NCBI GenBank assembly: GCA_001949185.1
Contig: BDGG01000015.1
Location: 811,036-875,035 of the forward strand
DNA length: 64,000 bases
Origin: Ramazzottius varieornatus
Lineage: Eukaryota > Animalia > Tardigrada
Direction of reading: 5' to 3'
In this document: positions 12,301-26,439 of the stretch, one piece after another
Layout: each line of letters begins with the position of its first letter
Numbering within the stretch: position 1 is the first letter of the stretch
Notes under the pieces: model-generated
What the model was told of the DNA's origin: nothing
What the model saw: the letters and a program-made list of their open reading frames with translations, nothing else
Database searches by the model: none
Program-made: the position numbers and the translations under genes

Positions 12301-15300
12301 ACTGGCTGGTGTTGTTACAGATTGAGAAGAGCATCGAGTTTGAAGAGGGTGTCGTCGATGTCGATAAAGACTTGGCCAACGTCAAGAGTGCCCTTCACGG
12401 TCGCGTCTTCCTCCTCTTTGCTCAAACCAAGGACGCCGCCTACATCTTCCAGGCGGCCCATAGCCAGGGCCTCCTCACTGCCGGGAACGTCTGGATCCTC
12501 ACTGAGCAAGCCCTTGACGCCGCCAATTGCCCCATCGGAGCACTCGGCCTCAAACTCCTCCACTATGACAACACCGAGGATCACATTACTGATGCCGTAC
12601 AAATTATTGCTCAGGCCTCCCTCGTCTCCTACGCTGAGAAGCACCTCAGTGTCCCGCCCAATAACTGCAACGACACCTCCTTCACTTGGACCGACGGACC
12701 TTACTTTTTTCAGTGCGTAGACACAACCCTCCAGCATCGGCACGACAGTTATTTGGGTCAAAGATTGTAGAAAATTTCCATGACTAGTCGGGCACGCCTT
12801 TGAAATTGCGCATAACAGGAAAACAAAAAAAATTCAGAAGAAGAAACCTTTATTGAAAAAGGACCGCCACCGTGTAGGTGGTAGCCTTTCGACTCGGTAG
12901 CAAGACAATTTAAAACTCCACGAACATTCTGTACATGGAATGAGACAAATTCAAGAGCAAAGTCACCAAACACACAATCTCTTCTACAGTCGATTGATTG
13001 ATACCAAGAGAAAGTAACAACGATAAGCCAACCTTCGAAATCACACCACGTGCGCCAAACCACAGACCATGAACAAAAATCTTTTGAAAGCCTTCCGCCC
13101 GTAATTCGTCGCCTGTTCTGCTATACTTCCTTTCCTTACTGCAGTCGAAGCAATTAATCTGGATTCTTCATGCAAAAGACACTACTATTATCGGGCGGAA
13201 TGGAATTTTTAAAATCGTAACTCGTAAGTAATCATTAAAATTGAATTCTTTTGTTTTTTAGGAATGTGTTGAAGCAGTCACTTCCGCACGGTCGAACGGG
13301 TCAGTTGTCCTTTGACGATACGGGTGACCGCAAGGTCGCCGAGTACCACATCGTCAACGTACAAGCTGAGAAGCAACTTGTTGTCCTCGGGTCTATAACC
13401 GTCGATTCGCACGACAGTTCCAACACGCGCATAACTCTGGACCGGAGGAAGCGCATTGTCTGGCCAGGAACGGACAGTCCCGATGTGCCGAAAGGTTTCA
13501 CCATGGCCACCCACCTCAAAGTACCGTATCTAATTTAAACCTTCCTTCGTCCCATATGGACCGCTGTAGACAAATACGAACGGTTTTCCTCAAGTGGCGC
13601 ACAATCTAGGCCAATAAGCCTGGTAAAGTGCGCCACTCGGCAAGACAATCCCACTCGACAGAACAATTTTTCCCATGTAGCGCATGCCTCCAGCCAACAA
13701 CACTGAAAGTGTGCGCCACCTGAGCAAATAAACTCGAGCAAGATCGTTTTTAGAGTGGCGCATGTTTCCAGTTCCTGACACTGACAACATGCGCCACTTG
13801 AGAGGTAATCTGGTCCAGTTTGTTTGCCGATCTTCCACATGATGAAGCTTCAATGCTTATACTTGCTTTTCTTATAGGTTTACACAGTGGCTGAAGCTCC
13901 CTTCACGTTGGTGGAGCAGGGGCTTAATGCCAGCATGTGTGAGGAAGTCTTTCGCGGAGTGGTGTGCCACCCGCATGGCCGAAGTCTGCTGAATCCCGCC
14001 ACAGTCCGTGATCCCGTGCAGTGCTGCTGGGGATACAACATTGATCTGCTGAAAAGTTTTTCCATTAGCGTAGAGTTTTCTTTCGACTTATTCCTGGCGC
14101 CTGCCACGCAACATTTCCCACCGGAAAAGGTTGGTTCGATACCAGGGCAAAAATAAGCTTAACCATAAATTAGGCGGAATATGCCCTCTTCGCCTCGGTC
14201 CACGTGCTCTTTTACTTGTTGGGCAAACATCAAACGAAACATTAAAATAGATCCTGCTCTTGATGGGTTATTCTCTAGTGCGTTATATCTGAGGTTTTCA
14301 AACAACAGAGCTATGGATGTTTCTTGAGAGAACCGTAGACAATTCCCATGCTGAAAGACATCTGCTGAACTCTGAAGATCAGACCACTGCAGAATGGTAC
14401 AAATCTAGACTAAGTATGGTAGTGTATATCAAGAGTGAATAACTGTTGTGCGTCTGAAGTGTTTCTTTTTTTGCAGAAGAATTCGACGGACGAGCCAGCG
14501 TGGTCCGGCGTACTGGGCGAACTGGTCCACGGTGACGGAGACATGGCGGTGGCTGCTTTGACCATCATGCCGGAGCACGCCAAACACGTTGACTTCTCCA
14601 AGCCCTTCAAGTATCTGGGGATAACCATCTTGGAAAAGAAGGTACGACGCAAATGACGCTGTGTCTACGATACCAATTGCCCAATGACATTTGACTGTCA
14701 AATTGCTCTTTATTTGCTAGCAACCGCGTGCATCGACCCTCAACTCATTCTTCCAGCCCTTCACCAGCGACCTGTGGGTCTTGGCCATGGTCTGCCTGCA
14801 CGTCGTAGCCTTGGCCATGTACCTGCTCGATCGCTTCAGTCCCTTTTCTCGGTAAGCTGAGGCAGTGGGACGAGGGCAACTTCCTTTTGCCAAGTGGCGC
14901 CCACTTTCAGCCAAAAGGGATGAAAGTGCGCGTCACTTGAGAGGACGACCTGGTTCGACTTACCTGTCGACGTTCCAAGTGTCGGTTTTTACTTGTGCAA
15001 TTGAGTGTATAGTGTGGTAGTGGACTCTCTTGAGTGTTTTCTTTTCTAACGTCCATTAATCTTTAGATATGTACTGCCGGGGGGAGATGAGCCGGAAGAA
15101 GACGCGCTAAACCTCAGTAGTGCCATGTGGTTCGCCTGGGGCGTGCTGTTGAACAGCGGCATCGGCGAAGGGACGCCGAGGAGCTTTGGGGGACGCGTAC
15201 TGGGCATGGTCTGGGCTGGCTTCGCCATGATTATGGTCGCCTCGTAAGACTTACGCCATCACTGCTTTATCAACGGAGGACTTTAACGTCAACTTTGTTT

Positions 15301-17384
15301 CTCAGATACACCGCCAACCTGGCCGCCTTTTTGGTGCTGGACAGACCGCAGTCCAGTCTTACCGGTGTTAACGATGCCCGGGTAAATTAAGATGGTCCTC
15401 GACTTTGCATCCCTTTGTCCAGCTTGGCAAAAACTTTGGTGAAACGGATTTGCCATATATTAAAGCAGTTATATGTTTCCGTCTACTCGTCGAAATGTTC
15501 ATCAGCAAGCACTGTGATGGTGGACCATCTGACACGATATTGATCATTTTTCTACGTTTCAGTTACGAAATCCATCGGAGAACTTTACGTTCGCAACTGT
15601 CAGTGGCAGTGCGGTGGACTTTTACTTTAAGCGGCAAGTGGAGCTGGCCACCATGTACCGTATCATGGAGAAGCAAAACTACAACGATTCGGCACAAGCC
15701 ATTGCCGCTGTCAAATCAGGGTAGGTCTTTGACAGCCACTGTGTTGCGGCGTTGTTGTTGACAGGCGTGGGGCTGGCTTTTAGGGAGTTGCAGGCCTTCA
15801 TCTGGGACTCTGCTCGCCTGGAGTACGAAGCGGCCAAAGACAAGGACTGCGAACTGGTCACTGCCGGCGAGCTCTTTGGTCGTTCAGGCTATGGTGTGGC
15901 GCTGCGCAAAGGCAGCCCCTGGACCTCCAAAGTGACGCTGGCCATTCTGGGCTTCCATGAAAGTACGTCGTCAAATGCCAGTGGAGATCGGCAAACAAAC
16001 TCGACAAGACAGCCTGCCCAAGTGGCGCACGACTGCAGTGTAATTAGCCCAAAGCGTGCGCCGCTTGGAAAAACGATCTTGTCTAGCTTCAATGTCTGCC
16101 CAAGTAGCGCACGTTTGCCGTGTCCTAGCTGGAAGCGTGCGCCACTTGGGCCAAACGATAGGGCTGACTTTGTTTGTTCGCCGAACTGCTGCCGAATTTG
16201 TACCAAGAGTCATGGGCTTTTTGCCTTTTGATGTTGAATGTTAATCCGAGGGGTATTGATAGACGGTTTCATGGAAAGCCTGGATAATCGTTACATCTAC
16301 ATGCGGAATAACACACAGTGCCTGCCAGAGGAGAACGCACCGGCCACTCTGGGTCTTCAAAACATGGCCGGTAAGCCTGCTGGATTAGTTCGCACCCTCG
16401 ATCCTTTGTCAAGACCGGAAGACTGAAAATGTTAATGATGGAATACCTATTTTCAGGCGTTTTCATCCTGGTTGGCATTGGTATCGCTGGAGGAATAATC
16501 TTAATTATCATCGAGATCAGCTATAAGCGGTCGCAAGTAGCCAAACAACGACAAGCGCGTGTGACGCGGATGGCATTTGACCGATGGCGACGAACCATCG
16601 ACGTAAGTGGAATTATTGTCTATGATGCATACGTCAAAACAGGAACTTGGTTCTTGGGCATCATTATTTTGATCAGAAAGCGTAACAGGAGGAAGGTGGA
16701 TCCGTCGGTTGGGTGGGTAGACTGAGATTGACTGTACACTGAAGATACAGTCCGCTCGCTCGAAATCCTTACAAAATTCTCCGATTTTAAAACAGGAAAA
16801 TCAGTCAAAGTTGAATGATACTGCTGGCTATGGTCGCATAGCCAAACACCTGTCAGGCTGTCTCTTAGTTATACTAATTGGAGCATGGTGTAATGTTTGC
16901 GTTGTGTAATTTTTGCCTTTCGCTCAGCAGGCAGCGTGATGAATATTTGGCAGGTCTCAACTGAAACCGACAAATTTGTATGGATGTCGAGCTAGCGGAC
17001 TGTACACACTTGGTATCGGCGTTGCAGTACAAGCTATGGTTGCAATGTAGAAAAAAGTGTCGAGAGGCTGCGACGACGGGGCGTCGCAAAAGTGCAGTCT
17101 GGAGGAAAAGTCAATTTGAGGGCAGAGAGAAATTTTGAGAAAGAGCCTGAATGGGCTTTTTTGTTGTCGTTGTTGGAGACGGAGGTTAAGTGATAATATC
17201 GTGTTTGGAACAGAGGCGGAAAAAAGAGCGACAGCGACAAGCCAACATGGCCAACATGGTGCGTGCCGTCACCATCGACATCACGCCGGCTCCGCCCCAC
17301 CACCTTAACGCCGCCGAGGAGGGCAGGAATTCGCACGAACGACGCAAGATCGCCCGAGGCCTGACCTTGTCGGCCAATATCTAA
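9320..17384 (+). CDS. Nmdar1: NMDA-type ionotropic glutamate receptor, GluN1 (NR1)-like subunit
   Basis: Signal peptide plus [40 protein letters not shown] (N-site), SYTANLAAF (split by an intron), [21 protein letters not shown] and [12 protein letters not shown], spread over about 14 exons. Confidence 0.95.
10496..10542. repeat. Fixed-spacer palindrome, 1 unit (Nmdar1 intron 1)
   Basis: AGGTGGCGCAC-N25-GTGCGCCACTT. Confidence 0.9.
11818..11863. repeat. Fixed-spacer palindrome, 1 unit (Nmdar1 intron 1)
   Basis: AAGTGGCGCGC-N24-GTGCGCCACTT. Confidence 0.9.
13592..13799. repeat. Fixed-spacer palindrome, 3 units (Nmdar1 intron)
   Basis: Units at 13592, 13675 and 13753, all N25. Confidence 0.93.
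14892..14938. repeat. Fixed-spacer palindrome, 1 unit (Nmdar1 intron)
   Basis: AAGTGGCGCCC-N25-GCGCGTCACTT. Confidence 0.85.
16020..16147. repeat. Fixed-spacer palindrome, 2 units (Nmdar1 intron)
   Basis: Units at 16020 (N25) and 16102 (N24); near-consensus flanks. Confidence 0.93.
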
Positions 17385-17680
17385 GCCCAGCAATCCTTCT
17401 CTTTCTTCCCTCTTCTTCCTCTTTTCAAATCTCCAACTGTGATGACCCTAAAATCCGCATCGGACAATCTATATCCCACAGTCTTTCTTCCCTTGTTTGC
17501 AAAACGGCGCTGAGAGTATTAGGGCAGAAATGTTTTGACTTTTTCCTCATTTGTTGGTGACGTGTCAATGTTACTGTCAAGTGGTAAATTCGAATGTACA
17601 AGAAAGAGAGGTGAAAATTTCATGGCGGAGAAATGAAAGCCCAGCTGGTTGTCACAGCCTGTAATGACCTCCTGTCAATT

Positions 17681-19586
17681 TCACAACATGGCGGAGCTTT
17701 TGTCGGCACGAATGTCGGTAGCGGTCCCCGTGCTGTGCCGATAAAAACTCTCGCGGATGCGTAGTTTCAGGCAAACGTAAAAGAGAAAAGAGAAAGCAAA
17801 GTAGCCATGCTTGAAAAGGTCACGCGCCGGCTCGTAGGCCTGCCAGGTGTGGCTAGTCATTTGAATCCAGCAGACGGGGTAAATGCTCAGTACCGTCAGC
17901 AAGGCCAGGAAGATGTCCAGCGCGTTGGTCAGTAGGTAGAAGACGGAAGAGCACATGAGGATGGTGATGGCTGAACGCGATGTTTGACTAGTGCTCTTGG
18001 TCATGATACAGTGCAGCTCGGGATCACCCTGGTTCTTAGGGAGGTCAAAGTGGACGGCTAGGCGCATGGGAGACCTTTTCAGCTTGACGAAGATCAGGCG
18101 GTTCAGGCTGATGATGATGGCGGCGGAGATGATGCGTATGAAAAACTGTAACCAGGATAACCAGGAAACAGCGTACATGTCCCCAGCTTTCTTAAGTTAT
18201 AGCTCGAGCCTACTGAGTACTGATCGATGATATCTGGTCTAAGGCTTTGTCGCCGCGAAGCACGGATTGCCAGATGAACGTTTCACTACGTTGTTTCCCA
18301 CGTTTTGTAAAACATCCAAATGTTTCGTGGTACGCGCGCACAGAGCCTTTTTACTCTTCTTAGCAGAAAAGGGCCGGTTTTTGACAGTTTTGGAATGCTT
18401 TTATCAGACAGCAGAATTGTGTTGCTGTACCTCAAACCAGGCGTCGAAAACTCGCCATCTTGTCAGCGAGTTTGAGAGTTGAGGAAGCTTTTCATGGCGT
18501 CGCATACTCATAAGTGACAAACGGTGATAGTAAATGACCGGAAGGAGTAAGGAGGAAGCCGCTGTGCAGAAATAGACGACGCAGACTAAAATCAGCGTGG
18601 TCCGTCGTTGGAAATTAATGTTGGTCTTATGCTGTAATGGCGCTGTCAGGGCGAAGTAACGATCTACACAGAATAGCACTAGGATCCTGCAAATAGCAAA
18701 AGGTCAACCTGGCACCTTACTGACGCATTAGGAAACATTATAAGAATCGTTCCTTGCGTGACTTCGTCAACTATTACTGATGGCGTCATACCCTTGGGAA
18801 GAGAAGCTCAACAATGCATCCATAAACAGCCAGAATCCGTTTGTGTACAGGAAGAAGCCAGGCTCGTACATGGCGGATGTGTTACCGGCTGCCGCATCTC
18901 TCCAGGTCTCCGTTCCGAGAAGAACGATTAGCCGATTCCACCTGAAAGCGTAAACATGCTTTATTCCTTGTTTGGCAGCTCGGCCAACAAAGTTAACCAG
19001 ATCGTTTTTCCCAGTGGCGCTCGCTGTCAGTCAGTGACAGTGATGACATCAGCCGCTTGGGAGGACAAACTGGACAAGGTGGCTTTGCGCAGTGGCGCAC
19101 ACCTTCGGCTGATAGCAGTGGACGCGTGCGCCACTTGCGGATGACAATCAAACGTCACAAGACTGTCTTTCCAAGCGGCGCACTCTTCCAGCCAAAATAA
19201 CCGACAGCGCGCGCCACTTGGGACAGCACTCTGGCCGACTTCATTTGCCGAGCTTGCACCGCACCGGAAAGTGAAGTGACCAATTAACCTTACAGATAAC
19301 ATAGATCGGAAGTGAAGAGGGCCTGCAGGAAGATTTTGCGCCCGCGCGAACCATCCATTTTCCGCCCACGGCAGAAAGTGTCCTCGCGATAGAGGAGGAT
19401 GATGCCGGTGGCATTTCCCAGGGTGCCGACAAGGAGGAAGAGGGGGAAGGAGATGCGCGTCAGCCAGATGGAGGCGTCATAGCTGTTGTCAAAGCTGGTT
19501 CCTTGTTGACGACCACAGCTGTCATACGTGACAGCGTCGCTATGGTTGATGGTGCCATTGTGTCCGTTGGAATATCCCTCCGACAT
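17681..19586 (-). CDS. Rhodopsin-family (class A) GPCR, peptide-receptor-like
   Basis: TM1 LLVGTLGN, TM2 ALFTSDL and TM3 FCVDRYFAL (DRY motif); TM5-7 lie in the last exon; about 4 exons. Confidence 0.85.
19012..19219. repeat. Fixed-spacer palindrome, 3 units (GPCR intron)
   Basis: Units at 19012, 19090 and 19173, all N25. Confidence 0.92.
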
Positions 19587-21530
19587 GCCGCCTAATCCTC
19601 TGAGGAAAACAAGCTGCTCAGCCGGCGCAAAGGCCACCAAGTTTTCCTCCATTTCGCCCTCCAACAAATTCCTATGGAGAAAATCAAGCGTAAACAGACA
19701 CTTTTTCGACAAAATACACCATGAGAAAACTCTGTCTTACAGCGATCCACATTCTCAAGCTACATGACCGCTGCACAAACGGCAAAGGCAAGATTGCTTT
19801 GGGGGATAATCCTGCCCACGGGATTGGATATATGCAGACAAAACAAGATCAAGGCCGTTGATGAGGAAGTGGCCGGAAGTAGAAAAGCGGCTGTGAAGGT
19901 CGTGCACAATGTGTGCGGGTTTCTGAACTGAAAAAGAAAGCGGAGCGACGAGTTCTGGCTGGGACGTAATAGATGTTCAGTAAGCCGTGATTTGTGGAGC
20001 AAAAAGATGCCTAATTAAATTCGGAGAAACTTCATCACAGCCGGGGCGGGAGATTAGAGTCGAAGCAGTGAAAGAGCGGCGTCTGGCTTGAAGCGTCTCT
20101 GTGAACTCAACTCACAGGCCAAAGAAACTCCAACACGTGAAGCAGCGCTGGAATGTTTCTGTTAGACATTGATATCCCACTTCTTGCGGCAAATGTTATC
20201 ACGGATCAAAACTGGTTCTTCCGCCAGTCAGACTTTTGTGACATAACAGAAATACGACGTGTAGTAATTCAACATGGTTCTGATGAGGACTAGTTCGGCC
20301 ACACGAGCTGGAACCGTGGAATGCAAACGCCGGGATAAAATGATGCTGCAGTATAGGAAGAAGATGTTTCAGCTTTACGAGAAGAAATTGACAGTCACTT
20401 TGTTCGGCACTGCAAAGTTGATACAGACCTGCGTATCAAACTAAACGTCTGTAACTGGCCAAGTATCAACACAAGGCTACAGTATAATAAAAGTTGTTGC
20501 ATGTTGGGTAAGCGGAGGCGGAAGTCGATGCCAAGGATGGTAAATAGGCCTATTACTGTCTAGGTCGGCGCAGATTTCAGTGTTAAATGACGCTAATAGG
20601 AGATATGGATGTTGGGGAGCGAGTCAGAAATGATAGGCCTGACTGACACATCTCCTGATGGCCAAGGAAGGATTATTGATTTTAGTGACAGGCAGCATCA
20701 GCTCGGCGAACCTCCCTGGCCATCGTCGTACCTTACGCGTACGTCGAGCTGTAGTCGACGGTGTGAAAGGCTGCCCTCGCTGACAGCCTTATCTCCAACA
20801 CAGGTTGTCTAGAGGAAATTTAACCTAACCTTATCTTCAGCCAAGAGCCAAAAAGATGACATGAGGTAATCCAGAGACTTCATCCGGGTATATTTTGATG
20901 AGTACAGGCGGCAAAAGCAAAAAGAGTGAGGCAGGCAAGTACAGTAGCACTGTGTGCCTCCACGACTTCACTCCGCATGTAATGGCAGACGCATCAATTT
21001 TTCCATCTTTTGGCTCATTGTCCTACGAGTGGGATTCGAAGTGTTTTGCTACGAGCTTTACACAAACAGAAGTTGGTACCTTCCTTCCTGCTGCAGTCGC
21101 CACAAACCGAAGGTGTTGGAGGTGCTGACAGTATGTGCGTGTGAGTCTTCGGATGGAGCACCTGTGGGTCTCCCACATGGAAGAGGAAAGGGGGCGGCTT
21201 GAAGTAAAGACCCACGGGATATGTTACTGTTGATGTTCAATCAAAGACACCATAGTGCTCTGCGACGCTTACCCGCACGATACCATCACTAATTTCCATA
21301 GCTCAATCCATCTGCCAACCACCTTTGTTGCGCCCAGAAACAGAAGGCAGGAATAATCTATCCTGAAAACGGCAATGGGCGTTCGTGTGGGAACCGCACA
21401 AAAAGCACTGCGTTTCACTAAAGTGGCATTGGTAAAGCAAGCGGAACAGCGAACTCAATCACCAGGCTATTTTACTCTGGTCAGCACTTCCCACCTAAAA
21501 TTTAAAAACACTAAACAATGACAGTGAAAA

Positions 21531-24500
21531 TCAAAAGCCAGGCGGGTTCCAATCAATCTTCTGCTTCACCTTCTTCTTTGTATAACACAGCACTGTATCA
21601 CCTAGCTGAAACTCGAAGCCGATACCCTCGAAACCCAAACCACAGTCTTGGTCTTTGCTTATTGTGTTCACTTCATTCTTGAGATGCTTCATCGATGTGA
21701 GAGGACCTGTCAAACGAACACGTCCGCTACATCTTCCAGTCAGTTACCGTATAGTTCATTCCTCGGTATTTACCTTCATACAGTACTTCCTCCCCCCTTA
21801 TCACTCGGAACAACTGCTTGCGGTCGAGTGTCCCTTTGTTACATCGACATCCAGCAACCGGCAGATTCTTCTTGCCTTCCTTCACCACGAAACCCTGCAG
21901 AACACTCGCTTGACCTGCAAAAGTATAAAGCTATAGATTTCGTATAATCAATCTCCGATTACAAATTCCAGAGGGTTAATTTGTACGGGACCTATGCAAA
22001 CACAGTCGACAAGATCGCTTACCCAAAGGGGCGCATGCTTCCTCGCAACAGCACCAAAACGTGCGCCACTTGAGAAAACCATGAAACTCGACAAGATCAC
22101 TTTTTAAAGTGGCGCATGCCTCCAGCCACCTACACTGAGCCCGTTCACCAGCTGCGAAAATAATCTGGCCAAACTCAATTCATACCTATAATTTCTTCGA
22201 TTTCCGCCAGAGGTAGTCTTTCGGTCAACTGCACTTTCAGATCTTCCACCAATCTGTAGATAATGTTAAAAGTCTTAATCTCGGTTTTTGTCTCTTTCGC
22301 GAGCTTCTTCACGTCTTCGGGACACCGAACATTGAAGGCATATATGACGGCACCGAAAGGAAAGGCTAGGTTGACATCCGACTCGACTATGTTGCCTACA
22401 CCATAGTGGACAATGTCCAGTCGACACTGTGGGGAGTGGTAAGTTTCTAAGACATCTAGAATGGCTTCGAGAGATCCATCAACGTCTGCCTTAACGACAA
22501 CGGCCAGTTCCGGATCGGTTCGCTCGATGGTTTCTTTCGGCCTTAGCACTCCCTTCTTTCTTATTCTTCTTCTCAGTCCAAGCGCTCTTTTCTTCTCCAG
22601 TTCTTGCTTGTACTCTTTCAGGTGCTCTTCCATCTTTTGCTGAATAGCGATCTCATCGATCTCCATCTTTTTCTTCATGTCCTGTTGTTCGCGGTACCTT
22701 ACCGCTTGCAGTGCTTTGGTCTGTCAAGAAAAATTAATCACATTGGGGAGCTCGTCAGGCAGCTTCGATAAGATTGTTTCCGTAAGTGGCGCATGCTTGC
22801 AGTGTTATTGGCTGGTAACCTGCGCCACTTGGAAAAAGAACACTGTCCAGTTCATTTGCCTGCGTCAGATTTATTTCAGATGTCAGACCCACGAATCATG
22901 ATAAACCGTTCTACTGTTCTTCGATCGCAGAACTAAACTATAAATCTGGGATTACCTCAGTTTCGCATTCGAGTATGAGGTCGCCAGCTGAGGGAAGTTC
23001 CCTCCAGCCGATTATTTCTGCAGGTACTCCAGGTGGTGCTTCGTCGATGACCTGGCCTTGCTCATTGAACATTCCTCTGACTCGGGCCCAGGCTCTACCT
23101 GCCACGAGAAACGAACCTTTTCTCAACGTCCCTCTTTGGATGATGGCCGTGCAAAGTCGCCCCCGAGCCGGATCAGTGCGGGCTTCCACGACCACACCTT
23201 CCACTAAGCCTTTCGGGTCGGCCTTCAGCTGCATCAGCTCGGCTTGAGTCAGGATCGTCTCCACAAGAGTATCCAACCCTGTTTTCTACAACAACAACGA
23301 CAACACGTTAGATAGTTTTACAGCGCATAGACAGAAGTGTTTTACCTTCAAAGCGGAAATGCAGACGCTCTGGACTTCGCCGCCAAACTCTTCCAGCGCT
23401 ATGCCTTGCGTCCACAATCCCTTCTTCGTATTGGGAATATTAGCTTCGGGTTTATCACATTTGTTGATGGCTACGATGATGGGAACTTTGGCTTCGTTAG
23501 CGTAGCGTATGGACTCTTTCGTTTGCTCCATCACACCGTCTTCGGCCGCGACGACCAGCACGACGATGTCCGTGACGTGAGCTCCTCGAGAGCGCATGGC
23601 TGAAAAGGCGGCGTGACCGGGCGTATCGAGGAACGTCACCGTCTGCGTACTGTTCGACAGTTTCACTACAACAACAAGAACAACAACAACGTGAAAATAT
23701 TTCCCTTATCCAGCCAAAAGTGAGCACTGACCTGAAAATGCACCGATGTGTTGAGTGATTCCTCCGAATTCTTGTTCCACAACTGACGTATTCCTCAAGG
23801 CATCTAACAGCGTCGTTTTTCCGTGATCGACATGACCCATCACAGTAACGATCGGACATCGCGGTACAAGCTCTGATGGCTTTGGAGGAGGTCTATAGTG
23901 TTCACAGAGCATAGTACAATATTCAATGTAAGTCTTCAACCGGAAGTGGATAGTCTACTGATAACCTTGGTACCTGGGCTTGACGTCAAGGTCACGTTCC
24001 TCTTCCAGCTCGTGTATGACTTCAGAGGCTTTGGTTTGTGGGGACTTGATGTGGTCGGGTCGGAATCCACATTTCTTAACGATGGCATCCAGTAATCGCA
24101 TATTGTTTATCGTAGCTCCTGGATGGTCGTAGTCGTCGGTGCCTTCGACGTACAGCATTGCTTCGAAGACGTTGTCGATGGGCCTGTTCATGACTTTTGC
24201 CAGCTCTTTCACCGTTATTCCTGCAAGGCGAAGCGCTAGATTGCTTCACCCAAAACTCAAGCAAGAAACTGGTCGTCCGACCGGAAACAAACAGCTCCTC
24301 TCAAGGAACAATTTGGTTTTACTCTGTCATGCAACGTATGACATCATCCCGCTCACGTAAAACCATACAAGACTGTGGTGACGTTATGGGTTAATGAATG
24401 AGCGAGAAACCAACCTTGCCATACTTCAAGCAATTTCGCTCCTTGCTTGTCTTTGGCCTTCTCCTGTCGATCCCTTTTCTTCTGGATGCGATCATACGCC

Positions 24501-24700
24501 GCTTGAAAGTCCGTTTTCTTTCCATGGGGCCAAGCAGATGTGCTTAGGCAGCGAGACGATTCCAAAGCCGCAAACTGTTGACTGCACCCAAACGCGCAAT
24601 GCCACGGCTCCCTTAGTGAATGTTCCGTCTGTACCAACCTCCTCAACAGCCGATGGATCGAAGCGTCCCGTGATCTCGATGCTACCCGAGAGATAAACAT
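21531..24700 (-). CDS. MTIF2: Mitochondrial translation initiation factor IF-2
   Basis: [36 protein letters not shown] and [10 protein letters not shown] motifs; Arg-rich N-terminal targeting peptide; C-terminus IDWNPPGF. Confidence 0.96.
22026..22153. repeat. Fixed-spacer palindrome, 2 units (MTIF2 intron)
   Basis: Units at 22026 (N24) and 22107 (N25, right arm degenerate). Confidence 0.85.
22784..22830. repeat. Fixed-spacer palindrome, 1 unit (MTIF2 intron)
   Basis: AAGTGGCGCAT-N25-CTGCGCCACTT. Confidence 0.9.
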
Positions 24701-25572
24701 GACAATCCCACCTTGCAATCTCAAAACAAGTGGGGCAGAGTACGGATGAAGAACGGACAAAACTGGAGATCAAAAATTCGTGTCATTTCAGTGTCTCAAT
24801 CAAGACAACCTAATCAACCGCGATCCCCCTTTTCTATGAGAGGAAGTTCTGACGTCACGCCTTTACGACTCTAACGACTGTCAGGCTGGATTCAACACCT
24901 GGGCGTGCTGACGTCATGCGCAAGCCTAGCCTGGTGTCTGACCGCGGTGGAGAACGTCGAGGTCGCCACTTCCTTCTATGCCTCACGAACCAAACCATCC
25001 ATCCCGGATTCAACCAATTCTCACTTTCTGTTCCTTTCAGGACCAAAAAAGTAATGCAAATCATGTCACCGAGTCCATGCAAGAACCCAGCGCGAAATGT
25101 TCCATCTGACTTTCAGTGTCGGTATCAACCAATAGACTTCAAGTGCGAAAAAACAAAAGACCACTTCCGCGTAAGTGTCAGTCAGACCACTGCGTGAATA
25201 CAACAAGAAGCTCGGCTAGGTACGAATGAAATTTAGGAGGACAGTGACCAGTAATCGTGTGCTGTGCTGCCAGGACGAAAAGAAGAAAATGTCGACACCG
25301 TCAGGAGGGGAAAGCCAAAACGAAACAACAAAAGTACCCTGGTGAAGCTACGCAAGTTAGTGAGAGAGAAAAGTAACATAAGACAACATGTTGAATACAG
25401 AAATCCAGATACAGGCTAAAACAGTTTACTTCAGGAGGTAGCCTTGGACTTGACTTGTGTGGTGGGTGCGTGACGAGAGGCTGCTCCGTGTGGGTAAAAC
25501 TTGATGATCATGGTAGGAATACTTTTGACTGATGGTGTAACCACCACATTAGCTCCGAAACACTTTTTTGGT

Positions 25573-26439
<867 letters not shown>

